Below are positions 1-8,366 of a DNA stretch of 64,000 bases, one piece after another (within the stretch, counting starts at the first letter, position 1; every line of letters begins with the position of its first letter). A program made the translations under genes and the position numbers. The notes under the pieces were generated by a model. The model was given only the letters and a program-made list of their open reading frames with translations. It was not told where the DNA came from and made no database searches. Source of the DNA: Obrimoposthia wandeli (Eukaryota); assembly GCA_977020255.1 (NCBI GenBank), contig CDROCS010002422.1:1-64000 (forward strand), read 5' to 3'.

Positions 1-21
1 GGATGAGCTCTAACTAAATAA

Positions 22-1002
22 TCATTTGTTCAGCTGTGCCGCTTTCTCCATCGCATCTTCACCTTTCTTCCATAAGTTACCTTGCCAAAGCTCTTCTAGC
101 CCCGTTTCACCACAAGCGCCTTTTTGTGTTAAATACTCAAAGTAAGCGGTTGGTTTATGGCCCGTAATATTGTAAAAATCTGGACTACAACGACAGTAAA
201 AGCCATTATTTAGATATTCAAAGAATTCAGCACGGGTACTGCCAAAATCATTCTCAAAATCGACCATTGATTGCGGGCGATACTCTATTTGCTTATCCAT
301 AGCGCGCCCTAAATCAGCGGCGATTTCAGCCATAGTTTGTGGCTCAGGTCCTGTAATATCATAAAATTTATTATGATGTCGCTCAGCGCCTTCGCTTAAA
401 ATAACGGCTGCTGCTTGAGCAATATCTTTAGTGCAAACAAATGAGTTACGTGCTTTTCCTAGTGGGTTACTAAACCACCCAAAGTTGGCAATATTCTCAC
501 AATCGGTTTTTAATAAATGATTCATAAAGAAATTATTACGCAGCACTGTAACAGGCAAACCTGCGTCAATGAGTGCTTTTTCACCCCACCAATAATGCTG
601 CAGCATCAACGGAATACCAGCCCCTTCACGCGATGAGTGTTTTTGTGCATCATAAGAGGCGGTATTAGTATCTGCACCCATGCAGCTAATACGCACTACA
701 TGTTTTATCTGATCTTTATAATCAGCGAGCGCTTTACAAAAAGCAAGATGCCCTTGCAGCATTGGGTCGAGCGAGGCGGAATAAATAGCGGATACGCCTT
801 CTAGTGCCGCGGGCCAAGTGCTGCTATCATTTAAGTCAAACTTAACCACTTCATCTGCGCCCAGTGCACGTAACATATCAACTTTGTCTTCGCTGAAATA
901 ACAAGCACGCACTGTGAATTTTTTGCTGGCCGCTAGCAACGCAACCAACTCTTTACCAATACGACCAGAGGCCGAAGTAATTAGAACAACAGGATTTGTC
1001 AT
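22..1002 (-). CDS. NmrA-like / atypical SDR NAD(P)-binding protein
   Basis: N-terminal Rossmann-like VLITSASGRIG; VTVLRNNFFM, DIAQAAAVIL and YDITGPEP segments are typical of NmrA-family proteins. Confidence 0.75.
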   Translation of the reverse strand: MTNPVVLITSASGRIGKELVALLAASKKFTVRACYFSEDKVDMLRALGADEVVKFDLNDSSTWPAALEGVSAIYSASLDPMLQGHLAFCKALADYKDQIKHVVRISCMGADTNTASYDAQKHSSREGAGIPLMLQHYWWGEKALIDAGLPVTVLRNNFFMNHLLKTDCENIANFGWFSNPLGKARNSFVCTKDIAQAAAVILSEGAERHHNKFYDITGPEPQTMAEIAADLGRAMDKQIEYRPQSMVDFENDFGSTRAEFFEYLNNGFYCRCSPDFYNITGHKPTAYFEYLTQKGACGETGLEELWQGNLWKKGEDAMEKAAQLNK

Positions 1003-1187
1003 GTATTTTTATCCATATAAATAATGTTAAGAAATAGCTTATTTATGTGAGTATATAGAAGTAAGTGCTGATACATAAATATCCAATTGCTAATTTTATG
1101 AGGGCCATTAATTTTTTGCATATTTCACAGTACTTTTGCTAAACAATGGCTGCGACATTGAGTTTTAAAGACAAAGCAACTAGCTAG

Positions 1188-1263
1188 TTCCCATCCAGAA
1201 ACAGATGCCTACTGCGGCCGACTCACCGGATCAATCTGAGCACCACTAGATATAGTTATTTGG
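1188..1263. repeat. Half copy of dispersed hairpin element family B
   Basis: 1185-1263 is the reverse complement of 60626-60704 with 3 mismatches in 79 bp; starts with the terminal repeat TTCCCATCCAGAAAC. Confidence 0.85.
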
Positions 1264-1407
1264 TATAACGAGCAGAGGAAACAGTGACCTTAATACTTTC
1301 TTTTAAGGGCGATCATATATTGATAAGGCCTGATTGAATCTATTTTTTGGAATGTAGATATAAAATGAAAATGCGCATAATGTTTAAATGCGTATTTATT
1401 GGGTCTT

Positions 1408-1776
1408 TTAATGGCTAACTAATACTAGTTTACCCAGCATTTTAGGGTGATAAATGCAGTAGTAATCGCTTACCCACCCTTGTGTTACTTGTAAACTAAC
1501 TTGTGCCCCTGATTCTATCAAACCGGTGTTCCAGCTATTGTCAGCAGCCGTTGCTGTGTGGGGCACTATATCTTGGTTTATCCAAGTGATAGTGTCTCCC
1601 ACTTCTATTGCGACTTTTCCCTCTTTCGTTAAAGGCAGTGCTTCAAAGGCAAAATTTTGAATATTAATTTTGTGTTCTACAGGTTTGCGTTTCACGCTGG
1701 CGGCGAATGAAGTGCCTGTCATTGGCAAAATAGCCAATGACAAAACACTTTTAAGTAAGCGACGTCTAGTTAGCAT
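1408..1776 (-). CDS. Cupredoxin (amicyanin/plastocyanin-like type-1 copper protein), Tat-exported
   Basis: Twin-arginine signal TRRRLL; ligands H (VPHTAT) and C-x2-H-x2-M (YCIYHPKM). Confidence 0.85.
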   Translation of the reverse strand: MLTRRRLLKSVLSLAILPMTGTSFAASVKRKPVEHKINIQNFAFEALPLTKEGKVAIEVGDTITWINQDIVPHTATAADNSWNTGLIESGAQVSLQVTQGWVSDYYCIYHPKMLGKLVLVSH

Positions 1777-2314
1777 TTAACTTATCTGCCATCACTTGGG
1801 CGTGTTGTTGATGTGCTTTAAATATCTCTAATCCGGCGCCAAACAATGCTTTCACTTCGTCATTTTCAATGTTCGGTATAAAACTGAACTCAACCAGCTC
1901 ATTAACCGCTTTGTGGTAAGCTAGTTCGTTATTGGCATAGAACTTATCAAACGCAACGCCTCGTAGCTGGCTCATCTCATTGATCAGTTTTTCACTGTTT
2001 GCGGTGAGGTGTTGGCTTAAAAAGTTGTCTTGTGGTTGTGCCTGCAACTTTTTCAATAATGCCAAAGCTTGCTTATTTACAGCGCTATGATCGCGAATCA
2101 TCGTTTGGGCAAAGCTGCGAATCTTGGGATCTTGAGTGAGCGCCAACGCTAGATGTGCATAGCGAATATCAATGTTATCCGCCGTATAAGCTACATGGGC
2201 AATTTGTAGATCATTTAAATCAGCCGGTGATTCAGCTGCATGGCTTACACCGCTAATTCCTACCGCTAAACTTGTCACAACAACCAAACTTTTAATAGAT
2301 GTTATAAATTTCAT
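1766..2314 (-). CDS. DUF4142 family secreted ferritin-like protein
   Basis: Signal peptide; IRSFAQTMIRDHSAVN and FDKFYANNELAYH helices typical of DUF4142; overlaps the cupredoxin start, implying an operon. Confidence 0.8.
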   Translation of the reverse strand: MKFITSIKSLVVVTSLAVGISGVSHAAESPADLNDLQIAHVAYTADNIDIRYAHLALALTQDPKIRSFAQTMIRDHSAVNKQALALLKKLQAQPQDNFLSQHLTANSEKLINEMSQLRGVAFDKFYANNELAYHKAVNELVEFSFIPNIENDEVKALFGAGLEIFKAHQQHAQVMADKLNAN

Positions 2315-2534
2315 ATTAACTACCTCAGATTTGTAAATCGATTATTCAAATACGTGTGACAGTCATTAAATAGCAATCTAGTTGGCCAATATATGATTGA
2401 TAATTCAAATTACTTGATCAATCGTTCTATTATGCTTGGCAAATTAACACTTTTAGTTTTTTTAATTTATGATTAGCTAACCTTTGTTAATTACTTGTCA
2501 TCAACTTAATAGTCTCGTACAGGCCCCAGAAACT

Positions 2535-3476
2535 ATGGATATACTCAGTGATATTTTACACCGCATGCAATTAGCAGGTACTTTGTATTTTCGTACCGCC
2601 TTTACGTACCCTTGGGGAGTTAAAGTCCCTGCATTTGAAGATGTTGCGCGTTTCCATTTTGTTCATCGCGGCCGCTGCTTGCTGAGGGTGGCAGGCCAAG
2701 AAAATATTATTTCATTAGAACAAGGGGATTTGATCATTATTCCCCGTGGTGCTGAACATAGTTTATTTTGCGACCCTAGTACTGAACCAGATGCGCTACC
2801 TTTAGATGATGTAATCAAAGCGTCTGGCTTTACCGGCCATGGAACCCTTATTTATGGCGGCGCAGAACAGCACCATGAATGCCAATTGATTTGTGGCCAC
2901 TTTGCTTTTAATAAGCAAGCTAATCACCCTTTGATTCAAGCGCTTCCTTGTCATATACAAATTAAGAATTATGGAGAGATAACGGGCCAATGGATGCATG
3001 CGGCGTTACAAGTTATTGGCGAAGAAACTGGCAGCAATAAACTGGGTAGTGATATTGTGGCGCTAAAAATGTCAGAGATTATTTTTGCACAAGCTCTGCG
3101 TATTTATCTAAATAGTGAAGGGGCGCATCAACCAGTATTAGCTGGTTTTGCCGATCCTAAAATTGCGAAAGTATTACAAGCTATTCACGCAAACCCTGCA
3201 CACTCTTGGCGTATTGACGAACTCTCGCATATTGCTAGCATGTCGAGAACTTCTTTTATCAGTAAGTTTACCGATAGCCTCACCATGACTCCATTGGGAT
3301 ATATTACCCATTGGCGCATGCAAATTGCTCGTCAGTTACTTGTTGATACTCGTCGTACTATTATCGATATTGCCGAGCAAGTTGGCTATCATTCAGAGGC
3401 TGCTTTTGGCAGGGTTTTTCGCAAATATTTTGACATAGGTCCTTCTGGCTATCGACGCCTTACTTTAGAAGAATAA
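2535..3476 (+). CDS. AraC family regulator with N-terminal cupin (RclR-like)
   Basis: MDILSDIL start at ATG 2535 (ORF track starts 2484); cupin FHFVHRGRC; C-terminal double HTH IAEQVGYHSEAAFGRVFRKYF. Confidence 0.9.
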   Translation: MDILSDILHRMQLAGTLYFRTAFTYPWGVKVPAFEDVARFHFVHRGRCLLRVAGQENIISLEQGDLIIIPRGAEHSLFCDPSTEPDALPLDDVIKASGFTGHGTLIYGGAEQHHECQLICGHFAFNKQANHPLIQALPCHIQIKNYGEITGQWMHAALQVIGEETGSNKLGSDIVALKMSEIIFAQALRIYLNSEGAHQPVLAGFADPKIAKVLQAIHANPAHSWRIDELSHIASMSRTSFISKFTDSLTMTPLGYITHWRMQIARQLLVDTRRTIIDIAEQVGYHSEAAFGRVFRKYFDIGPSGYRRLTLEE

Positions 3477-3520
3477 ACATCGAGGGTATTGCTCAAACCA
3501 TTGCTCTTCGACGTGAATAG

Positions 3521-4654
3521 CTAAACTTTTACAATTTCAGCTTGCAGCGCAATATCTCGCAACACATCATGAGGAATTGCAGGCACGGTATTGCCATCTC
3601 TACCTTGCATGGTTTGATTGGCAACCATGCTGTTAATTACTGCTTCTTCCACGCTTTGTACTACTGCTTCAAATAATGGATCTAAATATTGATCCCCAAT
3701 AAATTTCAAATTTTGAGCGGCATTACTTTTTGCTGCTAACGCTTGGCTATTTTGCGTTGAAAAAGCTAAGAACAAATCGCCAGATGAGTGATTTCCGATA
3801 GTGCCTAGACGACCGATACCTAAGGTTGACCTTCTGGCTAACCTTTTTAACTGATGCGGTAATAAAGGTGCATCTGTGGCGATCACCACGATGATTGAAC
3901 TGAGATCTGCTACCGGTGTATTGCGTAACATTTTAGGCTCTGCCAGTGTTGCTCCTATGTGCTTACCTAGGATGTGTAAATCAGTACGTTTTCCAAAATT
4001 TGCCTGCACAAACACACCCAAAGTATAAGTAGTATCTTGAAACTTAACCAAACGAGATGCTGTGCCCGATCCCGCTTTAAATTCAAAGCATTTCATACCG
4101 GTGCCGCCACCAACACTTCCCTCTTCGATTGGTCCGGATGCTGCATTATCGATTGCTGCGAACACATGCTCTTTGGTGACATGGAATCCATTGATATCAT
4201 TTAAAAAGCCGTCGTAAGTTTCTGCCGATACCGGCAGGGCAAAATCTTCAGCTAGAGCATTCGGCATTTTCTTACTCACCCATTGCAGCGTTGCATCTCG
4301 CGCCACACCACAAGAGTGAGTGTTGGTAATAGTAATCGGAAAACAGAGCTGGCCAACTTCCTCGATATAATGCGCCCCTGATAATTCACCATTGCCATTA
4401 AAGCTGTTATAGCCTGCAAATACTGGCACATTTATCGCTGACTCACTGCGCGGCAGTATTGCGGTAACACCAGTTCTAACCGGACCTTCACCTGCATTGA
4501 GAGCGCCTTCACCTTTAATAATAGTTGAGTAGCCAACCTTAACTCCCGCCACATCGGTAATACTGTTATTTTTACCGGTGTGCCCAGCAAATTTAAGCCC
4601 TAAGCTTCGCGCTCTTAATTTACCCGTTGGGGTATTTAAAAGTGGGTTTTGCAT
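3521..4654 (-). CDS. dmpA: P1/S58 family (DmpA-like) self-processing aminopeptidase
   Basis: NSITDVAGVKVG, GPVRTGVTAILP, GSVGGGTGM, processing site SSIIVVIATDAPL, SSGDLFLAFST. Confidence 0.85.
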   Translation of the reverse strand: MQNPLLNTPTGKLRARSLGLKFAGHTGKNNSITDVAGVKVGYSTIIKGEGALNAGEGPVRTGVTAILPRSESAINVPVFAGYNSFNGNGELSGAHYIEEVGQLCFPITITNTHSCGVARDATLQWVSKKMPNALAEDFALPVSAETYDGFLNDINGFHVTKEHVFAAIDNAASGPIEEGSVGGGTGMKCFEFKAGSGTASRLVKFQDTTYTLGVFVQANFGKRTDLHILGKHIGATLAEPKMLRNTPVADLSSIIVVIATDAPLLPHQLKRLARRSTLGIGRLGTIGNHSSGDLFLAFSTQNSQALAAKSNAAQNLKFIGDQYLDPLFEAVVQSVEEAVINSMVANQTMQGRDGNTVPAIPHDVLRDIALQAEIVKV

Positions 4655-5095
4655 TTTTGTTTACCTGCTTTTGTTGACTGAATGTTTGCTCTCTTTTGCT
4701 AAGCACTTTACATCAACCGCTGCGCTTATGGCATTAAGTATATATAGATGCATAATTTAATAATCAACTATATCTGGTTGCTTTTTAATAGCTAGGTATC
4801 AGGGAAGGGCTTTAAAAAGGCGATACTCAACAAGCAACAGTGAACAATGTTACGACGTGGCGAAACTCACGCTTTGATATATCAAGTCGCGGCTTATAAG
4901 AATATTACTAGGGGCAGATTGGTTGAAATAAAAAGTATTTCTCATGCAGCACTCGATTCCTCCACAAATATTTCTTAAAGAATATAAGCACTGTTCACAG
5001 GCCTTGCTTTTGCCGCTTGCGGTTTGTTTGCAGGCTATTTTTGGTCACAACTGCAATATGATGATTTAATAGATGACGATTAATCGTTTTTTAAA

Positions 5096-5602
5096 TCAAC
5101 TGGCAGGTAAGTTGATATTCAAATATTTTTTTAATGCGTAGAGATGCATTGCATAAAAAGCTTCGGCTTGGCGCTCTAGCAAATCCGCAAGCTGCGAAAT
5201 GGCTATCCAACGTATATTTTTTGATTCATTAGATGCCTCCAATAACTTACCTTTTGCTGTGCATAAAAATGTAATCACCAGTATTGGATAAGTGCCTGAT
5301 ATATTTTGGCTAACGCAAAAAGGCTCGCAGCTCAGTACGCAGTAGTCATCCATATTTAGCAGTTGTGAATGTTGTTCAGCATCTATATGTTGAATATTCA
5401 GGCCTGTTTCTTCCAGTACTTCTCTGCGTAGCGTATCAAATAGATTTTCGAACTTGCGAATTTTCCCTGCGGGGATTTCTAACAAACCTGTTTCAGTTGG
5501 GCTATTTGGCTTTGAGCGTTCTTGAATAAGAATTTCTTTCCCCGCGTCAGTATTACGCTCGATAATGGCCCCTACCCCAGGAATTTGAAATTCTTCTATC
5601 AT
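5096..5602 (-). CDS. NUDIX hydrolase
   Basis: Nudix box GKIRKFENLFDTLRREVLEETGL. Confidence 0.9.
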   Translation of the reverse strand: MIEEFQIPGVGAIIERNTDAGKEILIQERSKPNSPTETGLLEIPAGKIRKFENLFDTLRREVLEETGLNIQHIDAEQHSQLLNMDDYCVLSCEPFCVSQNISGTYPILVITFLCTAKGKLLEASNESKNIRWIAISQLADLLERQAEAFYAMHLYALKKYLNINLPAS

Positions 5603-5642
5603 CGTCTTAACTCCAGCTGCGCAGTATTGTAAATTTAACTAT

Positions 5643-5752
5643 GCTTAACTATCTGTGCTTAACTGTCTGTGCATAAATATCTAGGCTTAAATATCTACGG
5701 TTCTATTGTTTACGGTTCTATTATTTACGGTTCTATTATTTACGATTTATTT
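5643..5752. repeat. Compound tandem repeat (four 14-mers, then three 15-mers)
   Basis: gcttaactatctgt/gcttaactgtctgt/gcataaatatctag/gcttaaatatctac, then ggttctattgtttac/ggttctattatttac/ggttctattatttac. Confidence 0.85.
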
Positions 5753-6468
5753 AGCTGCTTGGCTTTCTTTAGGTCTCTTACCCACAACACACTTTCGTTA
5801 GTTGTTTTCATTTCAAACAAATCGATTGCCATAAATAATTCACTTAGCTTCTTAAATCCATAATTTTGCTGATCGAACGATGAGTGATTAGATATGTGTG
5901 CACCTATAGGCCCAAGCATTGCCCAACCATCATCTTCTTCAACCGCTTCCACTGCTTGCCTAAGTAGATTGATTAACTTGGTATCGCTGTTAAGGTTAGT
6001 AGTGCTTTTCAAAACCGGCTGCTCATTTTCAGCTTCGTCATCTAAGTATAGAAATCGAGAACAACTATTTACAAATGCTAATGGCGCTTTGCGTTCACCA
6101 AAACCTATCACAACTTTGCCATCTGCTAATGCCCTAGTCACTAATGGGGTAAAATCACAATCTGAAGAGACCAAGCAAATAATATCAACATCTTTGGTAT
6201 ACAAAATATCCATGACATCTATTACTAGCGCCATATCTGTGGCATTTTTTCCTTTTGTTAAATCAAACTGCTGAATCGGCTGAATTGCAAATTCATGTAA
6301 TAAATCCTCCCAGGGCTTTAAGCTTTGCTGTTTCCAATTCCCATAAGCTTTTCTTATATTTACCACGCCGTATCGGGCTATTTCGGAAAGTACTTTATCA
6401 AATTTTTTAGCAGGTGCATTATCCGCATCTATAAATACTGCAATTTTCTCTCTATCCTTCATATACAC
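5740..6468 (-). CDS. NYN domain (LabA/DUF88, PIN-like) protein with C-terminal OST-HTH/LOTUS domain
   Basis: IAVFIDADN, GKNATDMALVIDVMD, LVSSDCDFTPL acidic motifs; C-terminal GWAMLGPIG...FDQQNYGFKKLSELF. Confidence 0.9.
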   Translation of the reverse strand: MYMKDREKIAVFIDADNAPAKKFDKVLSEIARYGVVNIRKAYGNWKQQSLKPWEDLLHEFAIQPIQQFDLTKGKNATDMALVIDVMDILYTKDVDIICLVSSDCDFTPLVTRALADGKVVIGFGERKAPLAFVNSCSRFLYLDDEAENEQPVLKSTTNLNSDTKLINLLRQAVEAVEEDDGWAMLGPIGAHISNHSSFDQQNYGFKKLSELFMAIDLFEMKTTNESVLWVRDLKKAKQLNKS

Positions 6469-6648
6469 ACCCCTTTAAACTTTATCTTCCTTTGTATCTT
6501 AAACATACCAAATAAAATCCTCTAAGTATCAAATATTTAACATCCGATAGTGGTTGTTAACCGAATCTATTAATTTAACTAGCATTTGATTATAGATTAC
6601 CTCGCCATGTTGGTTTTACTTTGAGGCTTATCCTGACAATAGATATAG

Positions 6649-6788
6649 TGAGACCCAACATAACTACTGCGCTCAATAATACGGCGTTAAAAACCGGCTA
6701 AAGCTCTTATTTACATTAGTAAACTCCTCTATTTCTCCGATTTTTTGCCTTGCCGTATTATCGCTCACTACGTTATACCCGAGTCTCA
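6649..6788. repeat. 140-bp imperfect inverted-repeat element (family C)
   Basis: Nested arms TGAGAC/GTCTCA, ATAAC/GTTAT, ATAATACGGC/GCCGTATTAT, AAAAACCGG/CCGATTTTTT; partial second copy at 35312-35347. Confidence 0.7.
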
Positions 6789-6972
6789 TAGCGCTCAAAG
6801 CATCTTTATAGCTTCACTGTTTGCTTAAGTTAGTAATCAGACAAGGCTCTCAATATAATAGCTGTGCTATATTCATATCACAGTGCACTATGCAGTGACT
6901 TGACATCAAAAACCCGCCCCTAAAAGAATGCCTATTTTACTGGCACTTAGGGTTGCTATTAAAAGAAATAAC

Positions 6973-7437
6973 ATGAAAATTTATCTACTAACTCATCAGC
7001 GTGAATTAGCCAAAAAAAGTAATACCGGCCAGTTAGTTAAGCAAGTACTGCAAGATCAAGCAGAGATTATTATATGGCAGCGCACCCGGCCCCATCCTAA
7101 GCTATTACAGGCTATCGAAAATGGAACTACAGCTTTAATTTACCCTATTGCTGGCAGTGAAGAAATGACTGCTACTACCGCATTTGATAATTACATATTA
7201 CTTGATGGCACTTGGCAAGAAGCGCGAAAAATATATAACAAAAGCCCTTATTTAAAAGCACTTCCCAAAGTTAAACTAGTCACTGATCAAGCGTCTGTTT
7301 ATAACTTACGCCGCAATCAATTAGTTGAGGGTTTATGTACTGCAGAGTGTGTAATTGCTATGCTAAATCTCCACCAGCAGGCGACTGCTACATGTTTGCA
7401 GCAACAATTATTGAAGTTTTTACAATTAGAGGTTTAA
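6973..7437 (+). CDS. DTW-domain protein (tRNA-uridine aminocarboxypropyltransferase-like)
   Basis: H-x2-E-x4-SNTG and LDGTWQEARKIY motifs, GLCTAEC; ATG 6973 preferred over 6928. Confidence 0.85.
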   Translation: MKIYLLTHQRELAKKSNTGQLVKQVLQDQAEIIIWQRTRPHPKLLQAIENGTTALIYPIAGSEEMTATTAFDNYILLDGTWQEARKIYNKSPYLKALPKVKLVTDQASVYNLRRNQLVEGLCTAECVIAMLNLHQQATATCLQQQLLKFLQLEV

Positions 7438-7688
7438 TCATATAAGCTGCGAAAAAAAGATCTAAAGCTAGCAATAAAAATGCCAGTTTAACTATCACAG
7501 AAAATAAAAAATCCATGTCGCTAGATAGCTTACATTTCGCCCAGACAATGATGTTTATAACACAAAGATTAATCTTATATTAATTTATTCTAAGATATTA
7601 GAAGCGATAGGTGTTATTAATTGAAGATGAGTATTACTATCATTTAAATGTTCTATTACTGATACTACTTTAAAAAGGAAGCGATTAA

Positions 7689-8141
7689 ATGTTAAAAATG
7701 ATTTCAATACTTTCCGTGGCCGCATGTTTAACCTCTCAAACAGCTGTTGCAGAAACAGGTATCATCTCAATTAAGAGTAAGCACGATGTTACAGTCACCG
7801 CTGATAATTTAAGTGAAGTACTAAAAAGTAAAGGCATGACCGTATTTTCACGCATAGATCATGCCGCAGGCGCGGCAAAAATTGGTGAATCGATCCCCCC
7901 TACCCAATTGCTTGTTTTTGGTAATCCCAAGATCGGCACTAAATTAATGCAATGCAGCCCATCTGTTGCCATTGATTTACCGATGAAGGCACTTATTTGG
8001 CAAGATGATAAACAGCAAACTTGGATTGGCTATAACAGCCCAAAATATTTGGCTAGCCGTCATGGCATAAAAGGATGCGACCCTGTATTGAATAAAGTAG
8101 AAAAGGCATTAGCAAACTTTGCTAATAAAGCGGCTAACTAA
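7689..8141 (+). CDS. DUF302 domain secreted protein
   Basis: Signal peptide; VFSRIDHAAGA, FGNPKIGTKLMQ, AIDLPMKALIW. Confidence 0.9.
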   Translation: MLKMISILSVAACLTSQTAVAETGIISIKSKHDVTVTADNLSEVLKSKGMTVFSRIDHAAGAAKIGESIPPTQLLVFGNPKIGTKLMQCSPSVAIDLPMKALIWQDDKQQTWIGYNSPKYLASRHGIKGCDPVLNKVEKALANFANKAAN

Positions 8142-8161
8142 CTTTCTTTGATATAAATAAT

Positions 8162-8310
8162 CATTGCTGCCCGGTTAAAAACCGGGCTCTTTACTCATTG
8201 ATTTGTGGTTTTCTAGCATAGCTAATTGGATTTTTTTAGCCAAATAACACTTGTGGCTAACGTAAAATCTATGAGTTAAAGAACAACAAAAATTAAAGCG
8301 GACACTAATG
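8162..8310 (+). mobile_element. MITE family A, full 149-bp copy
   Basis: Terminal inverted repeats CATTGCTGCCCGGTTAA / TTAAAGCGGACACTAATG; 9-bp flanking duplication ATAAATAAT / ATAAATAAA. Confidence 0.85.
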
Positions 8311-8366
8311 ATAAATAAAACAGAGTAATTTTTATATAATTTTAAATTACTCTGTTACCATTATTT

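Noticed and set aside
5669-5863. 64-aa ORF with IYGSIVYGSIIYGSII periodicity
   Set aside because: It is the translation of the 15-bp tandem repeat and overlaps the NYN gene in antisense
6941-6957. sigma54-like TGGCAC...TTGCT upstream of the DTW gene
   Set aside because: GG to GC spacing is 11, not the obligatory 10
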